DNA of 31,319 bases from a virus (Duplodnaviria; Caudoviricetes): IMG/VR virus record IMGVR_UViG_3300003432_000012, positions 1 through 31,319 of that record. The stretch is one strand, 5' to 3'. Positions 6,787 through 16,450 of this stretch are shown here, in pieces (position 1 is the stretch's first letter; each line of letters starts with the position of its first letter). The notes below the pieces were generated by a model. The model saw only the letters and a list, made by a program, of their open reading frames with translations, had not been told where the DNA came from and did not search any database. A program made the position numbers and the translations under genes.

Positions 6787-8951
6787 AGAAATCTATCGTT
6801 GAGTTAGCTAAAGAGCGTGATGACTATTGTAAGTCTTATTATGCGACCAGTAGAGAGCTATCGAGGGATGATATTGCTTTTGTCATGGGTGACTCTGACA
6901 ATATGTATCAATGGCCTGATGAAGTAAGGAAAACAATAGACGGAAAAGTTACGCTTACAGTCAACATAACAGCGCAACACTGTAATGCGATAACGAATAA
7001 CATTCGCATGAATCGCCCTCAATCTAAAGTAATCCCTCAAGATGGTAATGCAGATAAAAAGACTGCAGAAATTATGGAAGGATGGGTTAGGTCGGTACAG
7101 TCCTATAGTAACTCTGATGATGCTCATGATTGTGCAATGGAGTTTAGCGTATGGGGTGGCGAAGGATATTGGAGAGTAACGCTTGATTATGAAGATGAGA
7201 ACTCATTTAACGAAGTCCCATTCATCAAGCCTATACAAGACCCTAGCATGGTTTATATTGACCCATTTGCACAGGCATTAGATAAGAGCGATGCACGATA
7301 CGGATTTATTAAGTGCATTATCCCTAACGATGAATTTGACAATGACCCTGAGTTTTCAGGAGTACAGCGCGAATCATGGCCTATCGATGGCAATTGGGTA
7401 ATGAAAGATTCAGTCGTGATAGCTGAATACTTCTATTGCGATGAGATCAATGACACCTTAGAAATGTATCAGGATGGTACATCAGGGCTAAAGTCAGAGA
7501 ATAAAGAAATAACTTTACCAGATGGCACTGTTCAGCCGTCAAAGCCTTTAGCATTAAGCAAAGATGGAAAGCCAATAAAACGTAAGACTACCCGCAAACA
7601 ATGGTACTGGTGCAAGCTGGTAGGTGGACACAGTGAGCCAATACAAAAACGTATGTGGCCTGGTAAGTATCTTCCTATTGTTGGCACATACGGAAAGTCT
7701 TACAATATAGACGGTCAGCACGTAGTTAAAGGCGTTGTAAGGGATTTAAAAGACCCTGCACGAATAGTCAATTACTCATACAGTGCTGCAATAGAAACGG
7801 TGGCACTACAGACTAAAGTACCATTTATTGCCAGTCATGAAGCGATTAACGGATTTGAGCGGGAATGGGCACAAGCTAACACATCTAATGATCCTTATCT
7901 TCCGTACAATCAGTATGACGGTGAAGGAAAGCCAATAGAGAAACCAGAGAGACAACAAGCGGCAGTTATGCCATCTGCTCAGTTACAGCTATTATCTATC
8001 TCTATTGAAAACCTCAAAGAAGCTTCGGGTCAACATGCCGCAGTATTCGGTCAGTCTGGCAATGAGTCAAGCGGTGTAGCAATACAGCGTAGAAAGCAAC
8101 AAGGCGAAGTAGCGACATTTCACTACCCTGACAACCTAAGCCGCGCGTTAAGATATGAATGTGTGATATTACTTGACTTAATGCCTAAAGTGTGCACAGA
8201 AGAACAGATAGTAAGAATATTAGGCTTAGACGGTAAAGAAGAGCAAGCCAAGCTGCAGCCTAATCTACCTCAAGCTTTTGCTGAAACCTCACGTCAAGAC
8301 TTAAAGGGTATATTTAACCCTGCTGTAGGCAAGTATGATGTAGCAATCACTACAGGGCCTAGCTATGCAACACAACGGCAGGAAACAGCCGAAATGTTAA
8401 GCAATCTGGCACAGAAAGACCCACGATTTATGGCTATTGCTGGCGATATATTCTTTAGGGCACTGGATGTGCCATTAGCTGAAGATTTAGCCAGAAGATA
8501 TGAAAAAACCATTGATCCTAAGTTAATGGATGATACAGAAGATATGCCTATACCTCCACAAGCCCAGGCACAAATGGCTGAAATGAACGCAGCACTTGAA
8601 CAAGCCGCACAAAAGGTTCAGCTTATGGATTCAGAGTTTCAAAAACTCATGGATGAAAAGGCTAATCTTGAAGCACAGGCAAGAGACGCTAAAGCTAAGG
8701 CTACAATGAGTGACATTGAAGCTAAGGAAGCTAAAAGTTTATTGACCATTGGCAAAGCATCACAAGGCATGAAAGAAGAAAGCGACGATTTAAATCCTGA
8801 TATAGAGGAAATAATGTACAGGATAGCTGAACAAGAAACAAAACAGGATGCCATGCTTGATGGTATCTATCGATTAATGGAAGTTGTAGCCGCAAAGGTT
8901 GGGGTTACTGAAGAAACTTACCCAACAGAATCAATAGAGGAAATGCAATGA
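6783..8951 (+). CDS. Portal protein, P22 gp1-like
   Basis: About 720 aa after TerL; QWP, GVVRDLKDP.R..NY, SGVAI..R..QG, GKYDV...GPSYATQRQE motifs; C-terminal coiled coil; alternative start 6771. Confidence 0.93.
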   Translation: MKKSIVELAKERDDYCKSYYATSRELSRDDIAFVMGDSDNMYQWPDEVRKTIDGKVTLTVNITAQHCNAITNNIRMNRPQSKVIPQDGNADKKTAEIMEGWVRSVQSYSNSDDAHDCAMEFSVWGGEGYWRVTLDYEDENSFNEVPFIKPIQDPSMVYIDPFAQALDKSDARYGFIKCIIPNDEFDNDPEFSGVQRESWPIDGNWVMKDSVVIAEYFYCDEINDTLEMYQDGTSGLKSENKEITLPDGTVQPSKPLALSKDGKPIKRKTTRKQWYWCKLVGGHSEPIQKRMWPGKYLPIVGTYGKSYNIDGQHVVKGVVRDLKDPARIVNYSYSAAIETVALQTKVPFIASHEAINGFEREWAQANTSNDPYLPYNQYDGEGKPIEKPERQQAAVMPSAQLQLLSISIENLKEASGQHAAVFGQSGNESSGVAIQRRKQQGEVATFHYPDNLSRALRYECVILLDLMPKVCTEEQIVRILGLDGKEEQAKLQPNLPQAFAETSRQDLKGIFNPAVGKYDVAITTGPSYATQRQETAEMLSNLAQKDPRFMAIAGDIFFRALDVPLAEDLARRYEKTIDPKLMDDTEDMPIPPQAQAQMAEMNAALEQAAQKVQLMDSEFQKLMDEKANLEAQARDAKAKATMSDIEAKEAKSLLTIGKASQGMKEESDDLNPDIEEIMYRIAEQETKQDAMLDGIYRLMEVVAAKVGVTEETYPTESIEEMQ

Positions 8952-11146
8952 GATTAAGCCCAGGTCAAAGCTTAGGTGTAAGCGGTATCAGTAGTTCAGG
9001 TGCAACTGTATCATATAATTTTACAGAAATTAGTTTGGTTACTAACTCTCCTATCAGAATAGGAAGTGATACCCTGTCTAATGTCATTGGGAATAAAGTT
9101 GTAATTACTGCTGGCATCAACCCTATAGAAGTAACATCATTTAATGTTTCGTCAAATAGTCAAGAAAGCATAGCGATACAGCTAATATCAGGTGCTTCTA
9201 GTGAAGATATAGCTAGCGGTGTAATAGACAAGCTTAACGATTGCAGCCTTGAAAATAATATATGGTTATTTAGTCCACTTCAGCCAAATGATGCAAGTCA
9301 AGCCGTCGAAGTTGTAAGATTGTCGGTAGTGTCTTCAGCGACAGACGCAACAAATAACGTAAGCGCAATAAATACAGCTATCCAAAATTTCAACAACATT
9401 ATTATAGTTGGACAGGGCGTTGCAGAAATAAATGGGCGTGTTGTCCAACGTAGCAATACCGTTGTATCAATGCAGAAAGGACTTAAATTAAAACAAAGAG
9501 ACAACACGAACTCTAATAATTTATGGGTTACTGATGCTTACGACACAATGTCATCACATGCGACCGTCACGCCAAGCTGGACTTCAGGGCATCTATTTAA
9601 CCTTCAATGGACAGCTCATGAAGTTGTTACCAATGATTCAGTTTGGATTCGCGCTGATACGTTGACAGCAACAAGCACAACACCAGAATACTTAGGTGTT
9701 TTTTCGGTAGAATCAGTAACGGACGCTGATAACATTGTATTACGCACAATCAAGCCTCCTATAGCTGCACCTCAAATTACAGGCGGTGTGTTCAAAGCGG
9801 TAAAAGCCACCACTAATTTTGTAATGGAAGATATAACCATTGACTACAATACAGCAAATAACACAGCCCCATCTTTAGACACAGGAAGGCATTGCGTTGT
9901 TATTGGGGGCGCTTCAAGATTTGAGCTAAATAGATTGAATATCCAAAATGCAAATAAGTATTGCTTATGTATTGGTGGTGTTACCGCGTTTAAAGTAAAA
10001 GATTTTACGTATGATTCTAACTCTGACGGTATCAAAGTTTATGGGCCTTGCTGGGGTGATTGGGTTGTCGATGGAATAAGGGGGCAAGGTAAAGACGACA
10101 TAATCTCGGTACACACAGGAGAGGATCAAATATTATTTAGTCAATATAGATTCGTATTCGGCAATGTTTTTGATGGCGTGGTAAAGAATGTATTTGCTAA
10201 GACGACCGTTGGGGCTATAGCCACATACACATCAGATAACGAGTTTATGGACAGCATAACGTTTAAAGATTGTTCTGTAGATACGAATAGTTATTGTTTC
10301 AAAGCTTTCACTGCTTATACAACAGGAAAAGGGGGGACAATAACTCTTGATAATGTCACCGGCATAAATAGAGCCGGAACGGCATGTATAAGCTTCCAAA
10401 AGCCTCAATGGCAAACAATAAATATTATAAATTGTCGGCCTCTTATGCTGCATACTCGATTTATTGAGTTTGTGTTAAATGGTTCTGCTAAAAATATCAA
10501 TATCGATAAAATAACGGCTGATGTAGCGTTCCCTACTACTGGTTTACAAGTACCTGTAATGGTAGATCAATACACGATTGACATACTCACGGTAACAAAG
10601 TCTAAGTTCAAGAAAAATGGGACACAAACGATGAGGGTTGTTAACCTCAATCCTCTATCTGCGGTTAAAAAATTAATTGTCGAAGGCAACCAAATAAACA
10701 CAGTAGACGTTGTTACAGTTGGATCAGGATTGGCCTCTGTACCAAAGCTAAATGCTAATGGGAATGTCTTTGAATCTGCGACTCAAGTGTTTAGTTTGGC
10801 ATCGGCGGCTGATTGTTATGCTAACAATAACACGATGACAGGTGTAACCGGAGGGGTATTACGAGCCAACGGTACTTTTGCAGCAAGCTTAACAACAGAC
10901 GGGCAAAACACTTTAGTTTCTGGAAACTGGTTTGTCATTCCATCGGGGACTCCTACTCTAACTTTTAAAGGCGAAGATATAGCGATTGATGTCGGCGCAA
11001 CTGGGGTTTCTAGGACAGCCGGTGCTAAGTTAAAGAATACAGCGGCAGGGCGTGGTACTTTAGTTCAAAATGAATTAGTAGTCTGCGACACAACAGCAGC
11101 CGCTAATAGCTGGCATCAAGTAACCGTACCAACAAACGTATTCTAA
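8948..11146 (+). CDS. Beta-helix (pectin-lyase fold) spike/fibre protein, possible depolymerase
   Basis: DATNNVSAINTAI cap motif; SNSDGIKV...GKDDIISV as in GH28/tailspike beta-helices; N/T/V-rich repeats. Confidence 0.7.
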   Translation: MRLSPGQSLGVSGISSSGATVSYNFTEISLVTNSPIRIGSDTLSNVIGNKVVITAGINPIEVTSFNVSSNSQESIAIQLISGASSEDIASGVIDKLNDCSLENNIWLFSPLQPNDASQAVEVVRLSVVSSATDATNNVSAINTAIQNFNNIIIVGQGVAEINGRVVQRSNTVVSMQKGLKLKQRDNTNSNNLWVTDAYDTMSSHATVTPSWTSGHLFNLQWTAHEVVTNDSVWIRADTLTATSTTPEYLGVFSVESVTDADNIVLRTIKPPIAAPQITGGVFKAVKATTNFVMEDITIDYNTANNTAPSLDTGRHCVVIGGASRFELNRLNIQNANKYCLCIGGVTAFKVKDFTYDSNSDGIKVYGPCWGDWVVDGIRGQGKDDIISVHTGEDQILFSQYRFVFGNVFDGVVKNVFAKTTVGAIATYTSDNEFMDSITFKDCSVDTNSYCFKAFTAYTTGKGGTITLDNVTGINRAGTACISFQKPQWQTINIINCRPLMLHTRFIEFVLNGSAKNINIDKITADVAFPTTGLQVPVMVDQYTIDILTVTKSKFKKNGTQTMRVVNLNPLSAVKKLIVEGNQINTVDVVTVGSGLASVPKLNANGNVFESATQVFSLASAADCYANNNTMTGVTGGVLRANGTFAASLTTDGQNTLVSGNWFVIPSGTPTLTFKGEDIAIDVGATGVSRTAGAKLKNTAAGRGTLVQNELVVCDTTAAANSWHQVTVPTNVF

Positions 11147-11230
11147 AGGAAACTATGTTACGGCTGGATGGGCTGAGTAAAACAATTTTTAAGCGACTAG
11201 ACGCATTCTAGGTTTATTTAAGGTGTAAAA

Positions 11231-11890
11231 ATGGAAGAAACAGAAGTTACTGAACTCGAAAATCAGGAAGCCGAAACCCAAGAGGTAGAAGCAAAGACAG
11301 AGCGAACTTTTACGCAAGCTGAACTCAATGCTATTGTGCAAAAGAGGGTAGCTAAAGCTGAAAAGAGAGCGATGGCGCAACAAGAGACTCCAAAGATAGC
11401 GCAGCCTTCAAAATCAGATTATGAGTCGGAAGATGAATGGTTAGACGCTAAACTTGAATGGAGAGAGCAACAAAGGGCTTTAGTTAAGGAATCAACCAGC
11501 TTTATAAAGAAGTCGGAAGATGCTTATAAAAAGGCCGAAAAACTACCTGAATTTGACAGGGAAACTTTCAATGATTACTTGGAAGATTATGAAAATGTAA
11601 TCAAACCTGAATTCATCAGGGCATTAGTGGATAGTGATAAAGCTCCAGAATTGATGGCTTATATCAACATGAATCCCACAGAACTAAATAACCTTGAGGG
11701 CTTAAGTTCTGCAAGGCAAGCGGCTTATATTGGCAAGCTTGAAACAAAGTTAGAAAAAACAATGAAAGAGCCTAATGACCCTATGACAAGTGCAAGGGGA
11801 TCAGGCACTAATGAAATTAACCCGCTCAAAATGAGTCCTGAACAATACCGCGAATATAGAGCGAAACAGGGCGCAAGATGGGCAAGATAA
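11231..11890 (+). CDS. Scaffolding protein
   Basis: Acidic, helical, RTFTQAELNAIVQKR motif, basic C-terminal helix MSPEQYREYRAKQ; just upstream of coat. Confidence 0.85.
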   Translation: MEETEVTELENQEAETQEVEAKTERTFTQAELNAIVQKRVAKAEKRAMAQQETPKIAQPSKSDYESEDEWLDAKLEWREQQRALVKESTSFIKKSEDAYKKAEKLPEFDRETFNDYLEDYENVIKPEFIRALVDSDKAPELMAYINMNPTELNNLEGLSSARQAAYIGKLETKLEKTMKEPNDPMTSARGSGTNEINPLKMSPEQYREYRAKQGARWAR

Positions 11891-11899
11891 GGAACTAAA

Positions 11900-13099
11900 A
11901 TGGCTAATACTTTATCAGCGAGTGCTCTAGTTGCTCGTGAATCAGTACCAGTACTGAAAAACCTACTTTCTTTTAGTAAGAAAGTTAACCGTAAATATGA
12001 AGATGAATTTGCCGGAGCTGGACGTTATTCGCCAGGGCAAACCATCAACATCAAAAGACCGCCACGTTATACGTATCGTGCTGGTCGCTCTGCTATTCCT
12101 CAAGATACCGTTGTATCAACTATCCCATTAACCTTGAATCAAGGTGGTTGTGATATTTACAACACTGGTCTTGATTTAACTGTATTGTCTAAGGCATTGG
12201 ATAAGCAGTTAGAAGCGGCTTTGGCTACTGTTGCCAATGAAATTGACCGTCAAGGATTAGAAATGGCTCGTTATTCTGCATTTAACGTAATCAATCCTAC
12301 TGGAACAGTGCCTAGCACACAAGCATTGGCTGTAGCTGCTGCAACTGATTGTTATGCTAGATTGTCAGAAATGGGCGCTCCTAAAATGGATCGCTGCTTT
12401 ATTGCTAATCCAAAGACAAACGGCTATCTAGTTGCTGGTATGTCTGGTATGTTTAACAGCGTTTCAACAATTTCAGGCCAAAACCAATCAGGCGAAATGA
12501 AAAACGCTCTAGGTTTTGATTTTGGATGGGATCAAAACGTCAACGTGCATACTAACGGCGCTGCTACTGCAACCAACATTAACGGTGCAAACCAAACTGG
12601 CTCTAGCATTACTGTTGTGGCTGTTGCTGGTGGTACTTTGACAAAAGGCACTATTATCACGTTGCCAGGTGTATTTGCAGTTAACCCACAAACACGGGTG
12701 ACTACTGGTTCATTGGCTAACTTTATTGTTACTGCTGATGCTTTGGCAGGCGCAACTACAATAAACATTAGTCCTGCTATTGTTACCTCTGGTCAGTTCC
12801 AAAACGTAACAGCAAGCCCAACAACTGCCGCCCCTTATGTTATTCAAGGCGCTGCATCTACCTCATACGCTGCTAACATAGCTTATGCTGAGGATGCCTT
12901 TACTTTGGCAATGGTTAACATGCATCAACCATCTAAAGGCACAGGCGCTTCATCTTCAATGTATTCAGAGGATGGTTTTACCGTTAAAGTAACTGAGTAC
13001 TATGACGGTGCAGAAGATACCACTAACATGCGTCTTGATATTTTATTTGGGTGGGCCGCAACCTATCCCGAACTGGCTTGCCGTTTCCACGTACTATAA
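11900..13099 (+). CDS. Major capsid protein, P22 coat (gp5) family
   Basis: MANTL...L.N.L.F...VNR.Y.DEF...G.TINIKRP; C-terminal RLDILFGW...YPE.A. Confidence 0.93.
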   Translation: MANTLSASALVARESVPVLKNLLSFSKKVNRKYEDEFAGAGRYSPGQTINIKRPPRYTYRAGRSAIPQDTVVSTIPLTLNQGGCDIYNTGLDLTVLSKALDKQLEAALATVANEIDRQGLEMARYSAFNVINPTGTVPSTQALAVAAATDCYARLSEMGAPKMDRCFIANPKTNGYLVAGMSGMFNSVSTISGQNQSGEMKNALGFDFGWDQNVNVHTNGAATATNINGANQTGSSITVVAVAGGTLTKGTIITLPGVFAVNPQTRVTTGSLANFIVTADALAGATTINISPAIVTSGQFQNVTASPTTAAPYVIQGAASTSYAANIAYAEDAFTLAMVNMHQPSKGTGASSSMYSEDGFTVKVTEYYDGAEDTTNMRLDILFGWAATYPELACRFHVL

Positions 13100-13108
13100 G
13101 GAACTGAA

Positions 13109-13504
13109 ATGACTGTATTATTAAATAGAGCTTATATGGGCCGTGTTTCCGGCGCTGTAGCTCAGTTCGGTAAAAGTGCTGAAGATGCACTTATATCTCA
13201 AGGGCTGGCTACTGCTGCGTTAGATACCGCAACCTCAACGGGTGCTTATACCCAAAATACGCCACAAGGCAAAGCGGCTATTGCTGCCGGTCAGTCTAGT
13301 GTGGTGATTACAAACAGCCTGGTAGATGCTAACACTCATGTATTTGCAGTAGTAGCTCAAGCAACGGCTGATGGAACTTTGCTTAGGGTTGAGCGAGTAG
13401 TTACTGCTAACGGTAGTTTTACTGTCTTTGGCACAGCTAACGCTACAGCGACAACTCTTATAGATTGGGCTATCATTACACCTGATATAGCAAGCGGGAC
13501 TTAA
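13109..13504 (+). CDS. Putative capsid decoration/cement protein
   Basis: Small A/T/V-rich beta protein after coat with the same AAGGAACT RBS. Confidence 0.6.
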   Translation: MTVLLNRAYMGRVSGAVAQFGKSAEDALISQGLATAALDTATSTGAYTQNTPQGKAAIAAGQSSVVITNSLVDANTHVFAVVAQATADGTLLRVERVVTANGSFTVFGTANATATTLIDWAIITPDIASGT

Positions 13505-13506
13505 AA

Positions 13507-14184
13507 ATGAAAGCGGCTAAGTTAATTGAAAAAGCAACAACATACGCGGGGATAAGAGCCTTAGGGTCAGCCCTGGACGGTGATACTTTGGATTTTGGCT
13601 TAGCCGTGCTCAATTCGATGCTTGAAAGCTGGCAAGAAGATAATTTATTTATCCCTTATGTTCAAGATATAGTAACAACGGTTACAGGATCTCCCGTCAG
13701 CATAGGAACTGGTCAAACTATTAATGTTGCAAGACCAAGAGACATAAAAGATACATCATTTATACGCTTTAATGGTGTAGATTCTCCGATAAAATTAGTA
13801 TCGGAAGAAGAATATAACCGTATTGCTAACAAGTCATTAAGCTCAGTCTACTCATGGATTGGCTATTATGACAAGCAGTATCCTGTAGGACATTTGTATT
13901 TATATCCTGCCCCAACAAATTCAAGCCTGCACATCATTGTTGATGCAGTATTACCCCAATTTGCAGACTATACAACCGATTATAATATTGGCATAGGCTA
14001 TCAGAACGCTATAGAACTATCATTGGCTGAGTTACTTTGTTTAGGTCTAAGGGCACTACCGTCAGGACTGGAAAAACAGGCAATGCTTGCACGTAAAGTC
14101 ATTAGACGAAATAATGTAAGCATTTGGCCTATGGAGCTTCCTAACGTAGTTACTAACCGATTTAGGAATATACGTGCAAGTTGA
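13507..14184 (+). CDS. Head-to-tail adaptor (P22 gp4-like)
   Basis: LI..A...AGI...G......D..L..LNSMLESW and GY..A....LA..L motifs; synteny. Confidence 0.8.
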   Translation: MKAAKLIEKATTYAGIRALGSALDGDTLDFGLAVLNSMLESWQEDNLFIPYVQDIVTTVTGSPVSIGTGQTINVARPRDIKDTSFIRFNGVDSPIKLVSEEEYNRIANKSLSSVYSWIGYYDKQYPVGHLYLYPAPTNSSLHIIVDAVLPQFADYTTDYNIGIGYQNAIELSLAELLCLGLRALPSGLEKQAMLARKVIRRNNVSIWPMELPNVVTNRFRNIRAS

Positions 14185-15598
14185 TCTACCTATAGGCGGA
14201 ACAGTAGGGCAAGGTAGAAGCCTTAACGCTAACAGTGGCGAAAATCTTAACTGCTATATTGAGGTGACTAATGACGGTAAACCCTGTCTTATTGGGACAC
14301 CAGGCCTTAATTACAAAATCACATTTCCGAGCTCTCCTATTCGCGGGTGTTATTCAGATTCAAGTGTATCTTATTGGGTAGCTGGCAACGATGTTTATAA
14401 GGTCAATGCGGATTTATCATTTAACCGTATAGGTGGATTATTAACAAATGCCGCTCCTGTAAACTTCGCGTCCAGTGGCCTTGATATAATGATAGTTGAT
14501 GGAACATTTGGCTATTATATTCATGTTGCAACCGATGTTGTCACTCAAATAACAGATCCAGACTTCCCTGCTAATCCTGTCGATGTAGCATACTGGAAAA
14601 GCTATTTTCTAGTGACAATTGCTAATTCACAAGTATTCTATTTAAGCGAAAAGTCTTTAATTGCAACAGACTGGAACGGGCTTGATTTTGCAACAGCAGA
14701 AGGAAACCCAGATAAAACGGCTGCATTAGAGATTTATCAAGATGAGGCAGTGTTTATTGGCTATCGTTCTGTAGAAGTATGGGGGTTTACTGGAAATGTA
14801 AACTTTCCTATGCAACGCAATACAGGAGTTGTGATTGATCGCGGTTGTACTGCTCCACGTTCTGTAGCTAGGGTTGATGATTCCTTAATATGGTTAGGTG
14901 GTAATAATAACGGTCGTAACGTAATTTACAGGATGACTGGCTACAGTGTTGATCGCATATCAACGCATGAAATAGAACAGCAAATAGCAAAATTAAGCTT
15001 TACTGATGATGCTTTCTCAATGACTTACCAACAAGAAGGACATAGCTTCTATATTATTCAGTTTCCTAGTGCAAACTATACTTTATGTTTCGATACTTCT
15101 ACAGGGTTATGGCATAGGCGCTCATATAATGAACCAAGTACCGGAGCTGATAACTTTTGGCGTGGCTCTGCATTATGTTTTAATAATCAGTTTCATTTAG
15201 TCGGTGATATTGAGAATGGTAATGTCTATTCTCTGGAGCTTGATACTTACACGGATAACGGTGCTTTAATCGTAAGACAAAGAGAAACCACTGTATCAGA
15301 GCAACTATTTAACAGTATATTTTATAAATCAATTCGATTCTATATTGAACAAGGAACAGGAAACCAGTTGCCTCCAGGTGATGACCCTAAAATAAATCTG
15401 CAATGGTCTAATGACTCAGGTCATACGTGGTCTAATTGGCGTACAATAAGCACAGGGAAAACAGGCCAATATGGTGTAGTTCCTCAGATTTACGGCTTAG
15501 GAATAGGAAGGCAAAGGGTGTGGCGTATTCGCTTCACAGAAGCCTGTAAATTCGTACTAATGGGGATTGTTATTGATATAGAACAAGGTGTTTCATGA
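14174..15598 (+). CDS. Tail hub / DNA stabilisation protein (P22 gp10-like)
   Basis: 474 aa; GTPGL, FATAEGNPD, SVEVW, GC.A..S, ISTHEIE, WSNDSGHTWS motifs. Confidence 0.9.
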   Translation: MQVDLPIGGTVGQGRSLNANSGENLNCYIEVTNDGKPCLIGTPGLNYKITFPSSPIRGCYSDSSVSYWVAGNDVYKVNADLSFNRIGGLLTNAAPVNFASSGLDIMIVDGTFGYYIHVATDVVTQITDPDFPANPVDVAYWKSYFLVTIANSQVFYLSEKSLIATDWNGLDFATAEGNPDKTAALEIYQDEAVFIGYRSVEVWGFTGNVNFPMQRNTGVVIDRGCTAPRSVARVDDSLIWLGGNNNGRNVIYRMTGYSVDRISTHEIEQQIAKLSFTDDAFSMTYQQEGHSFYIIQFPSANYTLCFDTSTGLWHRRSYNEPSTGADNFWRGSALCFNNQFHLVGDIENGNVYSLELDTYTDNGALIVRQRETTVSEQLFNSIFYKSIRFYIEQGTGNQLPPGDDPKINLQWSNDSGHTWSNWRTISTGKTGQYGVVPQIYGLGIGRQRVWRIRFTEACKFVLMGIVIDIEQGVS

Positions 15599-15876
15599 AA
15601 AACCTTAAAGCAACTGCTCAATTCGTAGATAAACAGGGTAAATTGACTCCCGAAGCGTTTATGTCGCTAAAGTCAAGTACAGACGAGTTTAAAACACTAA
15701 TCACAGCACAGTATCAAGCCCCTGAAAGATGCAAAATAGTTCTTCCTGCTGCTGTATTGGTTAACGTGGCTCGCGGAAATAGTGCTTATGTGATAACAAC
15801 AAACCAAGTTGATTTAAATGAAGGTGATGTAATGACACTAGGAATAGCAACTAACGTAGTAATAGTCCCATTATGA
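15595..15876 (+). CDS. Small virion-associated hypothetical protein
   Basis: Position after gp10-like gene; FVDKQGKLTPE N-terminus. Confidence 0.55.
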   Translation: MKNLKATAQFVDKQGKLTPEAFMSLKSSTDEFKTLITAQYQAPERCKIVLPAAVLVNVARGNSAYVITTNQVDLNEGDVMTLGIATNVVIVPL

Positions 15877-16448
15877 ACAATTATAAAAATATCTTAAAGA
15901 ATGTTGATGTAAGCCCTTTAATGAAAGAAGTTAATATAAACATTGATAGGTTTGTCAAGATACAAAAAGACGTAAGACCGGGCCAGGCAGGATTTGAACA
16001 TAGAGAGCTTGACTTTGCCATATTAAGAATGACAACGATTCCTCCTGATGTAATGACTAACAAGGAAAGCTACAAAAAGGGATCTGATGAACTAATAGCG
16101 CATGATTGCCCGTTATATGATGAATTTCCAGCAACAAGGGATTTTGTCTACTCGCTATTTGCAGCGTTAAAGTGTGGCACGATAGGGAGAGTAGCAATAA
16201 TAATAATACCACCTGGATGCAATGTTTACGGGCATTTTGATACAGGGCTATCTGCTGATTTCTATACACGATACCATCTAATGATATGCGGAGAGCCTAA
16301 TAATTGGGCGCATGTTGGCTTAGGTGAAGATCAGGAGCACTTAGAAATGCTTACCGGAGAATGTTGGACGTTTAACCACAAGAAATGGCATTCATTTAGC
16401 AATCTAAGCGAAAGCCCTAGAATTTATCTTAATATTGATATGGCATAA
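15873..16448 (+). CDS. Aspartyl/asparaginyl beta-hydroxylase-family 2OG-Fe(II) oxygenase
   Basis: PPG..V.GHFD (HxD), RYHL, GECWTFNHKKWHS..N.S..PRI.L.ID (distal His and 2OG-binding Arg). Confidence 0.85.
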   Translation: MNNYKNILKNVDVSPLMKEVNINIDRFVKIQKDVRPGQAGFEHRELDFAILRMTTIPPDVMTNKESYKKGSDELIAHDCPLYDEFPATRDFVYSLFAALKCGTIGRVAIIIIPPGCNVYGHFDTGLSADFYTRYHLMICGEPNNWAHVGLGEDQEHLEMLTGECWTFNHKKWHSFSNLSESPRIYLNIDMA

Positions 16449-16450
16449 CT

